64,000 bases of DNA, taken from Pseudomonadota bacterium. GTDB taxonomy: Bacteria; Pseudomonadota; Gammaproteobacteria; JAKAQQ01. Of the stretch, positions 36,465 to 45,419 are shown in pieces. The notes under the pieces were generated by a model that saw nothing but the letters and a program-made list of their open reading frames with translations, was not told the DNA's origin and searched no databases. Made by a program: the position numbers and the translations under genes. Where the stretch lies: assembly GCA_021798115.1 (NCBI GenBank), contig JAJZYM010000002.1, forward strand, positions 166,687-230,686. The letters are read 5' to 3'. Within the stretch, counting starts at the first letter, position 1. The number at the start of each line of letters is the position of its first letter.

Positions 36465-38458
36465 TGCGCCGCTTCGTCCCCACCGCTCGCCTGTACGGAT
36501 GCCCGTGTCTTTCGGGACAACCGTCGGTACATTGCGAGCGCCCAGAGTGGAAAGTACAAACTGTAGCCGTGGTATTTCAGGTAGAACACGCGGGGGAACC
36601 CCGGGGCGGTGTACTCGGGGTCACGCCAGGTGCCGTCCGATTCTTGGGTGCGGACGAGATAAGCGATCCCCCGCTGCACCGCGGGGCTCCGCGTCCGCTT
36701 CGCCGCCATCAACGCCAAAACCGCCCAAGCGGTCTGGAACGCCGTGCCACGCAGGTGCGTGCCGGCCAGAGAAGGATTGTCGTAACTGTCGTTCGATTCC
36801 CCCCAACTCCCATCCTCACGCTGCACAGACTCCAGCCAATGTACAGCACGGCGGATCGGTCCCGCGTCCATGTCGTACCCAGCCAACTCGAGTGCAAGAA
36901 GGACGGAAAACGTTCCGTAGATATAGTTTGTCCCCCATCGGCCATACCAGCCGCCGAACTCCTCTTGGTCGTCGAGGAGATATTCGAGGCAACGGTGCAT
37001 GCTCGTCTGCACCTCTTCGGTCGGAGATGGAAGAGATGCGAAATAACCGTAAACGTGGGCGCTCACATCGACGGTGGGGGGATCGAGAAGCGCCCCGTGA
37101 TCGGCAAAGGGAATCTCGTTGAGGTAGTCGTGGGTGTTGTCGGCATCGAAAGAGGCAAATCCTCCGTTGGCGCTCTGCATTCCGAGCAACCACCGTGTCG
37201 CCCCCTCCAGGGCCGAGGCGTAGCGCGCACGGGCCGGAAACCAACGCTGAAACGCCCAAGCGACCATCGATGTGTCGTCAAGGTCGGGGTAATACGCGTT
37301 GTTGTACTGGAACGCCCAGCCTCCCGGCTCGAGATCAGGCCGTTCGACGGCCCAATCCCCGCGCAGTTCGGTGACCTGCCGCTCGGCAAGCCAGGCGAGC
37401 GCACGGTCAATCGCCTCGCACGGAGGGTTCTCGAGCTCTTCGAGCGCGAGCACCGCGAGCGCCGTGTCCCAAATCGGGGAGACGCACGGCTGACAGTAGG
37501 CTTCATCGTCACGCTCGACGACGAGACGGCGGAGAGCCTCGCGCGCATCTTCACAAAGCGGATGATCCGCAGGATAGCCGAGAAGACGAAATGCTTCGTA
37601 GGCATTGACCATGGCAGGGAAAATGGCGCCCAATCCGTCGCGGCCATTGAGACGTTCGGTGAACCAGAGAAGAGCCCGACGGAGGGCACGGCGACGCACA
37701 AATCCCGGAATCAGGGGTTCGAGGCCTCGACCCAGTCGATCAAGAAAGAAGAAGAACCTGTTCAGTGTCGATCGGGCAATGAAGTAATGATGTTCCTGCC
37801 ACGGTGGGGTCACGAAGAGTTCCGGAATGTCAACACCGCGCGGATTGCGCGCCCGCGCCTTGAGGCTGGTCAGGACAAAAAGAGGAACCATCACGGTCCG
37901 CGACCAGTAGGAAACCTTGGTGATGTGAAACGGGAACCACCGGGGAAGGAGGACGACCTCGACCGGAATGAACGGAACCGCTCGCCAGGGCACCTGGGCA
38001 AACATGGCGAGGGCGATGCGTGTGAAAACGTTACACCGCGCGGCACCACCGCGTGCGAGCACCAGCGCGCGTGCTCGGCGCATGTGATCCGCGTCAGGAT
38101 CGTCCCCGGCCAGCTTGAGAGCGTAATACGCTTTCACGGTTGCGCTGAGATCGCTTCGCCCCCCCTGATAAAGCGGCCAACCGCCCTCGGAGTTCTGCAC
38201 GCGCCGAATGTATACGGCCAGGCGCGCTTCCAGGAAACTATCGATTTCGTCCATGAAGTGCATCATGAGGATATATTCGGCCGGGATGGTGACATCGGCT
38301 TCGAGCTCGTAGCACCAGTGCCCGTCGGGCGCCTGATCTCCGAGCAGCGCATCGGTCGCCGCACGAAGGGCGTCGTGCAACACCTCATCGTCCGCTCCGT
38401 CGAGAATCGTCCGCGGCGGAGGCATCCGTTCCTTCGTCCGTGGTTCGGCAGAGATCAT
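36452..38458 (-). CDS. shc: Squalene-hopene cyclase.
   Basis: DGHWCYELEADVTIPAEYILMMHF, the DxDD motif (YYPDLDDTSMVAWAF), and repeated QW-type segments (EDGSWGE..., SDGTWRD...). The ATGA overlap with the sqs stop sets the start at 38458. Confidence 0.95.
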   Translation of the reverse strand: MISAEPRTKERMPPPRTILDGADDEVLHDALRAATDALLGDQAPDGHWCYELEADVTIPAEYILMMHFMDEIDSFLEARLAVYIRRVQNSEGGWPLYQGGRSDLSATVKAYYALKLAGDDPDADHMRRARALVLARGGAARCNVFTRIALAMFAQVPWRAVPFIPVEVVLLPRWFPFHITKVSYWSRTVMVPLFVLTSLKARARNPRGVDIPELFVTPPWQEHHYFIARSTLNRFFFFLDRLGRGLEPLIPGFVRRRALRRALLWFTERLNGRDGLGAIFPAMVNAYEAFRLLGYPADHPLCEDAREALRRLVVERDDEAYCQPCVSPIWDTALAVLALEELENPPCEAIDRALAWLAERQVTELRGDWAVERPDLEPGGWAFQYNNAYYPDLDDTSMVAWAFQRWFPARARYASALEGATRWLLGMQSANGGFASFDADNTHDYLNEIPFADHGALLDPPTVDVSAHVYGYFASLPSPTEEVQTSMHRCLEYLLDDQEEFGGWYGRWGTNYIYGTFSVLLALELAGYDMDAGPIRRAVHWLESVQREDGSWGESNDSYDNPSLAGTHLRGTAFQTAWAVLALMAAKRTRSPAVQRGIAYLVRTQESDGTWRDPEYTAPGFPRVFYLKYHGYSLYFPLWALAMYRRLSRKTRASVQASGGDEAAHCVV

Positions 38459-39582
38459 TCGGGGGGGGACTGCGTGGGGTAGGGCGAAGCTTCGAAAGCC
38501 ACGCTCTCGTCGTTCGCCAACGGCAGGGATCGGGTCGTGAGAGAGAAGAGTGTCCGCAGCGTCCCGTCCTGCCCTGCCGTCAGGGCGAGAACGCGGCTGA
38601 TGGTGCGTACACTGCGCCGGCTGATTTTGACGTCTTCTCCGCACCGGTATCCCGGGTGTGTCGCCAATTTCCGTAACGTGAAGACGGCGTAACCGATGGC
38701 CCAGAGACAAAATTCGCGGATGCCGCGCTGCTCACGAGGAATCGTCAATGTGAACGTCAAGGCGCGATGAAGATGACGGTGGGCAAGCGCCATGAGATCC
38801 CGCACACCGGCCTCGAAGCCCGCGCGAGGTTCAAGCGTCGCCAGGCTGCAACCGCGGCGGGCAAAAACATCCCGCGGGAACCAGCACACACCGTGTTTGC
38901 GATCCTCCCAAAAATCCTTGAGAATGTTCGTCATCTGCAAACCGAGGCCGAAAGAGACGGCAAGAGACGAGAGCTTGGCGCGCCGCTCCGCCACGCGAGC
39001 GTCGTAAAGGCAGAAGAGCTCGGTCAGCATCTCTCCAACGACGCCTGCGACGTAATAGCAGTATCGGTCGAGCTCAGCGACGTCTTCGAGACCCTCGAGA
39101 CTCACGTGGCGCTGGAAACGGGGCATGCCCTCACACATGATCTCGAGAGTGCGGTTGAGGCAGCGACGAACGGAGGTGTCGAGTTTGTGCGTAAACGCCA
39201 CCACCCGCGGCAACTCGGCCAAAAGCTCCCGCTCGGCAGGTGTGGTGCGCTGCGAGAGTCGGGGCAGAAGCTCGGACACGAAGGGCTTCGGATCCTGATC
39301 GCCGGAGACGACCGCACGAAAGCGGAGGTGAAAACGGTTCTTGTCCTGAGGATCGAGTTCCGGTTCGTCCTCGATCGTGTCCGCGATGCGGCAAAGAAGA
39401 TACGCGTCCGCCACCACCCAGCGCAGGACCGGAGGGAGACGCGGGATGGTCAACGCGAACGTCCGCGACGTTCCGGCCAGCATGGCGGAGAGGAAGCGGG
39501 CCTCGTCGTCGCTGACGACCGTCGCTCTGAGGGGGCTTTCCGTAACGCTCACCGGGACTCGTGCATCAGCAAGGAAGGACAA
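38455..39582 (-). CDS. sqs: Squalene synthase (single-enzyme SQS type, trans-isoprenyl diphosphate synthase head-to-head family).
   Basis: SRTFALTIPRLP, LLCRIADTIEDEP, YCYYVAGVVGEML, GLGLQMTNILKDFWED. At 375 aa it is longer than typical HpnC/HpnD. No second paralog or hpnE is present in the window. Confidence 0.8.
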   Translation of the reverse strand: MSFLADARVPVSVTESPLRATVVSDDEARFLSAMLAGTSRTFALTIPRLPPVLRWVVADAYLLCRIADTIEDEPELDPQDKNRFHLRFRAVVSGDQDPKPFVSELLPRLSQRTTPAERELLAELPRVVAFTHKLDTSVRRCLNRTLEIMCEGMPRFQRHVSLEGLEDVAELDRYCYYVAGVVGEMLTELFCLYDARVAERRAKLSSLAVSFGLGLQMTNILKDFWEDRKHGVCWFPRDVFARRGCSLATLEPRAGFEAGVRDLMALAHRHLHRALTFTLTIPREQRGIREFCLWAIGYAVFTLRKLATHPGYRCGEDVKISRRSVRTISRVLALTAGQDGTLRTLFSLTTRSLPLANDESVAFEASPYPTQSPPE

Positions 39583-39687
39583 TGTCCGTGAGTGGTTGCG
39601 GCGTTTTGCCGACGCTTCTCAGACGGGTCGACGAAGCGGGTTTGCGCCGCATTCTTGTAGCCGGGTTGTTCATTAAACGTGTCACTA

Positions 39688-40719
39688 TTATAACGAACGC
39701 CGGACGGGCGGCGAAGGGAGATCCAGCCACCCACGGCTGGAAAACCATTCCAGAGCATCCGCAACGGCTTCGCGCCACGGGCGGGCCTGATAGCCGAGTT
39801 CTTTTTGCGCTTTTTCAGAACTGTAATACATCTTCTTACGAGCCATCCGTAGCGCATCGAGCGTCACGCGCGGTTCGCGCCCCGTGCGCCGGGCCCAAAA
39901 CTCGTCGATCCAGGCCACGGGGTAGAGAGGCTGTCGGGGAAGTCTGATACTTGGGGGGCGCCGGCCGGCTTCCTCGGCAACCCCGCGAAGGAGTTCCTTG
40001 AGGGAAAGATTGGTCCCACCGAGAATGTAGCGTTCGCCGATCCGCCCCTGCTCGTAGGCCAGCCGATGCCCGCGCGCGACGTCCGCGACATGCACAACGT
40101 TCAGCCCCGTATCCACGTAGGCGGGAATTCGGCCCCGTGCGGCGTCAAGGATCATGAGGCCGGTCGGTGTGGGCTTGATGTCGCGGGGGCCGACGGGCGC
40201 CGAAGGGCAGACGATGACCACGGGGGCCCCGTCTCGGGCCACGCGAGCCCGAACTCGCTCTTCGGCCAGGAATTTCGAACGTTTGTACGCACCCACCATG
40301 TCCGCAAGGCTCACAGGGGTGGATTCATCGGCCAGTCGGCCGTCGGTAAAGGCGGCGAGTGTCGCCACGCTGCTCGTGTAAACGATCCGCTCGACGCCCT
40401 CCCTGAGAGCCGCGGTGAGGAGATTTTCCGTGCCGCCGACATTGATTCGCTCAAGCTCTTCGGGGTCGCGGACCCAAAGGCGGTAATCGGCGGCGACGTG
40501 GAAGAGGGCTCGGCAGCCTTTCAGGGCCCGGACGAGCGATGCGGGGTCACGAAGGTCGCCCTCCACGATCTCGACGTCGAGCCCGTCGAGATTGTCTCGT
40601 GGGCTGCCCGGACGCACCAGGACACGGAGTTCGTGTCCTGCGGCGAGAAGCTCGCGCGCGACGGCCGATCCCACGAATCCCGTTCCTCCGGTCAAGAGAG
40701 TCGTCACGCGGGGCCTCAC
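39688..40719 (-). CDS. hpnA: Hopanoid-associated sugar epimerase/dehydratase-family protein HpnA.
   Basis: It has a Rossmann motif (LLTGGTGFVGSAV), ...FHVAADYRLW..., and the YKRSK catalytic motif. It lies at the head of the hpn array. Confidence 0.85.
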   Translation of the reverse strand: MRPRVTTLLTGGTGFVGSAVARELLAAGHELRVLVRPGSPRDNLDGLDVEIVEGDLRDPASLVRALKGCRALFHVAADYRLWVRDPEELERINVGGTENLLTAALREGVERIVYTSSVATLAAFTDGRLADESTPVSLADMVGAYKRSKFLAEERVRARVARDGAPVVIVCPSAPVGPRDIKPTPTGLMILDAARGRIPAYVDTGLNVVHVADVARGHRLAYEQGRIGERYILGGTNLSLKELLRGVAEEAGRRPPSIRLPRQPLYPVAWIDEFWARRTGREPRVTLDALRMARKKMYYSSEKAQKELGYQARPWREAVADALEWFSSRGWLDLPSPPVRRSL

Positions 40720-40852
40720 GTAGCTCGATCGCAGGCATTCTAACCCGCGCCAAGGGCCGAGAATCTCGGGCCCGCCGCGGCCGCCGTATACTGCGGCGCG
40801 TGAACTTTGCGCCGCCCGTCACCCCCTTGCCCGCCCCTCCCCCGGAGCCTCT

Positions 40853-42007
40853 GTGGTCGGCGTGCTGACGGTTCTCGGCATACTCGCGTACGCCCTCGCC
40901 GGCGGCTACCTTTTCCTGGCCACCTTCGCTCTCCTCGGGGGAGCACGCACACTCCGCCCCCCTTCCCTCTCGCTGCCCGAAGGAGTGAGCGTCCTCGTCC
41001 CCTTGCACGGCTCGTTCGCGGGCCTGGAGAGATGCCTCGAATCGCTCTTCCGGCAGGATCACCCCTGCTACGAACTTTTGTTTGGAACCTGCGATCCCGA
41101 AGACTCTGCGCTCGCGACGCTCGAAGAGGCCGCGCGTCGCCACCCGAAGACGCCTGTCCGGGTGTTCATCACGCCGCCTCCACCCGTGGGCACGAACCCC
41201 AAAGTCGTCAATCTTGAAGCTCTCGAGCCGCACGCACAACACAATCTCCTGGTTCTGATTGACGCCGACATCGTCCTCGAAACCGAGCACCTGCGCCGCG
41301 TCACGGCGGCTCTCCACGACCCCGCAACCGGCCTGGTGACCTGTCCCTACGGCGTCGAGATGCCGGCTCGGGCCAATCTCTGGCAGAAACTCGCCGCTCT
41401 CTACATCGGCGACTGGTTCTACACCTCCGTCCTCATCGGCTCTCTTGTCGCGCCTGAGGAGCACGGCTTCGGAGCCACCCTCGCGCTCCGTCGCTCCACC
41501 CTTGCGGCCGCGGGCGGGCTGGCCGCTCTGCGGCATGTCCTGGCCGACGATCACGTCCTTCCCGCACGTGTTCGTGCCCTGGGCCTTCGCACCGGGATCC
41601 TGGAGAGCGGGGTAAAAACCGTTGTCAACGAAACCACGTTCCGCACTCTTTGGGCGCACGAAAAACGCTGGCTTGGGACGATCCGAGCCCTCGATCCCTG
41701 GGGCTACCTCGGTCTTCCCGTGGGGTTGACGAGCGTCCCGCTCCTCTTGGGGGTTGTTCTGCTCGGGGGTGGTGCTGTCGCTTGGGGGGGATTTCTGATC
41801 CTTGCCGCCGGGCGGCTTGTGTTACACTTTCTTGCGTGGAATCGCTCGCGAAGCGGAAGGTTGAGCGCCGCCGTCTTGCTCCTTCCGGCGCGCGATTTTC
41901 TGACCCTGGCCGAGTGGCTAGCCGCCCTGGGCGCACGACGTCTCGTGTGGAGCGGGTCCCCTCTTACGATCGACGGCCGCGGGCAGTTGGAGGACAACGA
42001 TCCATGA
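40853..42007 (+). CDS. hpnI: Hopanoid glycosyltransferase HpnI (GT2).
   Basis: It has an N-terminal TM segment, VSVLVPLHG, and the DxD motif LVLIDADIV. It is followed by hpnJ and hpnK. Confidence 0.8.
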   Translation: MVGVLTVLGILAYALAGGYLFLATFALLGGARTLRPPSLSLPEGVSVLVPLHGSFAGLERCLESLFRQDHPCYELLFGTCDPEDSALATLEEAARRHPKTPVRVFITPPPPVGTNPKVVNLEALEPHAQHNLLVLIDADIVLETEHLRRVTAALHDPATGLVTCPYGVEMPARANLWQKLAALYIGDWFYTSVLIGSLVAPEEHGFGATLALRRSTLAAAGGLAALRHVLADDHVLPARVRALGLRTGILESGVKTVVNETTFRTLWAHEKRWLGTIRALDPWGYLGLPVGLTSVPLLLGVVLLGGGAVAWGGFLILAAGRLVLHFLAWNRSRSGRLSAAVLLLPARDFLTLAEWLAALGARRLVWSGSPLTIDGRGQLEDNDP

Positions 42008-43437
42008 GCCTTAAAACCCTTCTTCTCCACCCCCCTTCCTACGACGGCTTCGACGGCGGCGCCGGCTCCCGCTATCAGGCTCGTCGCGAAATCCGCTCTT
42101 TCTGGTACCCGACGTGGCTGGCCCAGCCCGCCGCTCTCATTCCGGGCAGCAAACTCATCGATGCTCCGGCCGACGGGCTCAGTGTCGAGGAAGTGCTCGA
42201 GCGTTCCCGTGACTACGAGTTCGTGGTCATGCACACGAGCTCTCCCTCGTTCGCGGCCGACGCCGAGTTCGCCGCGCGTCTCAAGGAGCGTTCGCCGGGC
42301 CTCCTCATCGCGATGGTCGGCGCGAAAGTGGCGGTAGAGCCGGAAGCCTCCCTTCAGGGGGCTCCCGCCGTCGATTTTGTCGCCCGCGAGGAGTTCGACT
42401 ACACACTCCTCGAAGTCGCGCAGGGCCGCCCCTTCCGTGAGGTTGACGGCGTGAGTTACCGGGCAGCGGACGGTGGCTTCGTCCACAACAAGCCGCGCGC
42501 GACGCTCGAGAACATGGACGAGCTTCCGTTCGTTTCCGAGGTCTATAAGCGGGATCTCACGATCGAGAACTACTTCATCGGCTACCTCAAGCACCCCTAT
42601 ATCTCGTTCTACACCGGACGGGGTTGCCGTTCCAAATGCACATTCTGTCTGTGGCCACAGACCGTCGGTGGGCACCGCTACCGTGTGCGCAGTCCGGAGC
42701 ACGTGATCGAGGAAGTCCGCTACATCCAGAAAAACTTCCCGCAGGTCAAAGAGATCTTCTTTGACGACGACACGTTCACCGACTTCAAACCCCGCGCCGA
42801 AGAGATCGCACGTGGTCTGGGCAAACTCGGTGTCACCTGGTCGTGCAATGCCAAGGCCAACGTCCCCTACGAGACGCTCAAGGTCATGCGCGACAACGGG
42901 CTCAGGCTTCTGCTCGTCGGCTACGAGAGCGGGAACCAGGATATTCTCTTCAACATCAAAAAAGGACTCCGTCTCGACATCGCCCGCCGCTTCTCGAAGG
43001 ATTGCCGCGATCTCGGCATCACGATCCACGGCACCTTCATTCTCGGACTCCCGGGAGAAACGCGCGAGACGATCCAGGAGACCATACGTTTCGCCCAGGA
43101 GATCAACCCGCACACCATTCAGGTGTCCCTCGCCGCCCCCTACCCCGGCACGCGTCTTTACCGCGAGGCGATCGAGAACGGCTGGCTCGACCTGAGTCAG
43201 GCGGACCGCCTGGTCAGCGACAACGGCTTTCAGCTCATTCCTCTGAGCTACCCGCATCTCGACCATAAGGAAATCTTCGAATCGGTCGCCACGTTTTACA
43301 AGCGTTTCTACTTTCGCCCGAGCAAGATCGCCGAGCTTGTCGGGGAGATGCTGCGCAGCCCCGAGATGATGAAACGGCGCTTGCGCGAAGGGCTGGAGTT
43401 CGCCCGCTTCCTTCGTGAGCGACACGCGGCGCTCTGA
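42004..43437 (+). CDS. hpnJ: Hopanoid biosynthesis B12-binding radical SAM protein HpnJ.
   Basis: MSLKTLLLHPPSYDGFDGGAGSRYQARREI..., with radical SAM motif GRGCRSKCTFCLWP. It has an ATGA overlap with the hpnI stop. Confidence 0.88.
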   Translation: MSLKTLLLHPPSYDGFDGGAGSRYQARREIRSFWYPTWLAQPAALIPGSKLIDAPADGLSVEEVLERSRDYEFVVMHTSSPSFAADAEFAARLKERSPGLLIAMVGAKVAVEPEASLQGAPAVDFVAREEFDYTLLEVAQGRPFREVDGVSYRAADGGFVHNKPRATLENMDELPFVSEVYKRDLTIENYFIGYLKHPYISFYTGRGCRSKCTFCLWPQTVGGHRYRVRSPEHVIEEVRYIQKNFPQVKEIFFDDDTFTDFKPRAEEIARGLGKLGVTWSCNAKANVPYETLKVMRDNGLRLLLVGYESGNQDILFNIKKGLRLDIARRFSKDCRDLGITIHGTFILGLPGETRETIQETIRFAQEINPHTIQVSLAAPYPGTRLYREAIENGWLDLSQADRLVSDNGFQLIPLSYPHLDHKEIFESVATFYKRFYFRPSKIAELVGEMLRSPEMMKRRLREGLEFARFLRERHAAL

Positions 43438-44398
43438 GTCTCTCACTTCCGTGACCGGGCCGGCCACGGCTCAGCCGACGACGCCGCGAAGGACGCTCAT
43501 CGTCACGGCCGATGATTTCGGGCTCAGCCTCGAGATCAACGAAGCGGTCGAAGAAGCACACCGCACGGGAATTCTCACCTGTGCCAGCCTCATGGTCGGC
43601 GGGCCCGCCTCCGCCGACGCCATCGCCCGCGCCCGACGCCTTCCCCGTCTCGGGGTGGGACTGCATCTCACCCTGACAGCCGGACAGGCCCTTCTCGATC
43701 ACGCGTCCCTCCCCCACCTCACGGATCGTGCAGGCCGGTTTCGGGGTTCGATGCAGACGGTCTCCTTTCGCCTCGTGATCGACCGCGCCCTCCGTCGTGA
43801 GCTCCGACGCGAGATCCACGCTCAGTTCGAGGCGTTTCGCGCCAGTGGTCTTCCCCTCGATCACGTCGACACGCACAAGCACTTTCATACGCACCCTTTC
43901 GTGTTCGAAGATCTTGTAGGGATCGGACGCTCTTACGGACTTCGGAGCCTGCGGATCCCCTACGAACCTCGTCGACCGGGGCGAGCCATTACGGGCGGCT
44001 CAGCCCCTCGGGCCTCCGTTTCGACACTCGCGATGGCGCTTCCGCTCCGACGGATGCGTCGGCGATGTCGCGAGCTTGGGCTCGTATCGAACGACTGCGT
44101 CCTCGGCCTTCGCGCGAGCGGAGCCATGGACAAGGCTCATATCCTGCGGGCTCTCCGCGCCCCTCTGACGGGAGTCGTGGAACTCTATCTCCACCCGGCC
44201 ATGATTTCCGGCGCCGGAGTCGATCCACAGGCCGCCACGGCCCGCCATGCCGAGGAATACCAGGCCCTGATCGACCCCGAGATCAAGCGCGCCGCACACG
44301 ATCTCGGCTGGAAACTTTCGACGTACGGAGAATTAGCCTCCGGAACGGAGGATCGTCCGTCTTCTCCAAGCATCCCGCAGCCCGACGCCTTAGAATAA
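43415..44398 (+). CDS. hpnK: Hopanoid biosynthesis protein HpnK (YdjC-like deacetylase).
   Basis: LIVTADDFGLSLEINEAVEEAHRTGILTCASLMV...GLHLTL...HVDTHKHFH. The start is ambiguous (43415 or GTG at 43451). Confidence 0.85.
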   Translation: MSDTRRSESLTSVTGPATAQPTTPRRTLIVTADDFGLSLEINEAVEEAHRTGILTCASLMVGGPASADAIARARRLPRLGVGLHLTLTAGQALLDHASLPHLTDRAGRFRGSMQTVSFRLVIDRALRRELRREIHAQFEAFRASGLPLDHVDTHKHFHTHPFVFEDLVGIGRSYGLRSLRIPYEPRRPGRAITGGSAPRASVSTLAMALPLRRMRRRCRELGLVSNDCVLGLRASGAMDKAHILRALRAPLTGVVELYLHPAMISGAGVDPQAATARHAEEYQALIDPEIKRAAHDLGWKLSTYGELASGTEDRPSSPSIPQPDALE

Positions 44399-44441
44399 GT
44401 CTAGTGTTGCTGTCCCACTCCCGCCTCTGGAGGGTCTTCCC

Positions 44442-44804
44442 ATGACACATGTTTCGACCGTGACCCCATCGCAACTCTCCGCTCTTCTTGACGTCGGTGA
44501 AGAGGTCGTCCTCGTGGACGTCCGGACCGACGAGGAATACGAAGCTCTGCACGCCAGAGGGGCAGTCCACCTGCCGCTTCACACTTTCACATGGAAGGAA
44601 CTCCAGACCCAGATCAAGCGTCATGGCTTGCCTGAAGACGAACCCGTCTACATTCTCTGCCAGCACGGGACGCGGGCCACACGTGCCTGTGAAAAAGCCC
44701 TTGAGGAAGGGGCGGAAAAGGTGCATGTTGTCACCGGGGGGACTGTGGCCTGGGCCCAGGAAGGATTGCCCGTCGTCCGCGGTCGCACTCCAAACGGTGA
44801 TTGA
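44442..44804 (+). CDS. Rhodanese-domain sulfurtransferase.
   Basis: VLVDVRTDEEYEALHARGAVHLP...VYILCQHGTRA, with the active-site Cys loop CQHGTR. Confidence 0.85.
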   Translation: MTHVSTVTPSQLSALLDVGEEVVLVDVRTDEEYEALHARGAVHLPLHTFTWKELQTQIKRHGLPEDEPVYILCQHGTRATRACEKALEEGAEKVHVVTGGTVAWAQEGLPVVRGRTPNGD

Positions 44805-45115
44805 ACCGTAGAATCATCAGTTTTCTCCCCGGAGAAGTTTCGTCGGTAAGGGGGGGAACGGACATCCTGCCCAAGGCTGTTTGGTACTCTTTGACCCCCG
44901 TGAGCCCCCCGTGACTACGGAAAGGTACCCAATGTCCATCGGACGGGTGCAACGGTGCACTTCCGCCAGGAGGGCGGAGTTACGGTCGTCCTCTACCGTC
45001 GTGGTGCGTCAGGAGAAATATTCAGCGATATCCAAGGCGCGCCTCCTCGGAAGAGGCCGATGTTTGCAAAGCCCCACTGGTCTGGCGACGAGCGGGAGAG
45101 GGTTCCGATCGTTTT

Positions 45116-45397
45116 TCAATTCCGGCAGAGAGACCGCAAGATCTCGACCAGGGACGAGGTGGCGGCATCCGGCGGCGGGCCGTTCCCCAGCAGGACGCCC
45201 ATGATGTCGGGATCAGACCATACCGTCAACCGCTCGAACGCCGACCGTTCCTCACCTCCCGCGTACGGATAGCGTTTCTCGAGATAAGCGTTCAGCAGAA
45301 GATCGAGTTCCTTGGCCCCGCGTCGGCAGCGCCAGCGCAACCAGCCCGGTGGACGATCGCCCACGGGATCCATCTCCGGGCGCTTCCCGCCGTTCAT
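45116..45397 (-). CDS. sdhE: FAD assembly factor SdhE.
   Basis: LRWRCRRGAKELDLLL...DPDIMGVLLG, directly downstream of sdhB. Confidence 0.85.
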   Translation of the reverse strand: MNGGKRPEMDPVGDRPPGWLRWRCRRGAKELDLLLNAYLEKRYPYAGGEERSAFERLTVWSDPDIMGVLLGNGPPPDAATSSLVEILRSLCRN

Positions 45398-45419
45398 TTC
45401 CGTCGTCCGGGATTCGCCC

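Noticed and set aside
36464-38482. A 672-aa plus-strand ORF.
   Set aside because: It is exactly antisense to shc, which has unmistakable cyclase motifs (DxDD, QW-type repeats). The antisense translation is Arg/Gly/Pro/Val-rich with no motif. This is the typical open-frame artefact of high-GC DNA.
41704-43467. A 587-aa minus-strand ORF.
   Set aside because: It is antisense to hpnJ, whose CxxxCxxC radical-SAM motif and ATGA coupling to hpnI support the plus-strand gene.
44805-45115. Possible 6S RNA (ssrS) in the rhodanese-sdhE intergenic region.
   Set aside because: I could not find a long terminal closing stem or the central-bubble layout. There is no similarity to the enterobacterial 6S sequence I remember, and no zapA/ygfA neighbours. 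It is kept only as a generic structured-RNA candidate.
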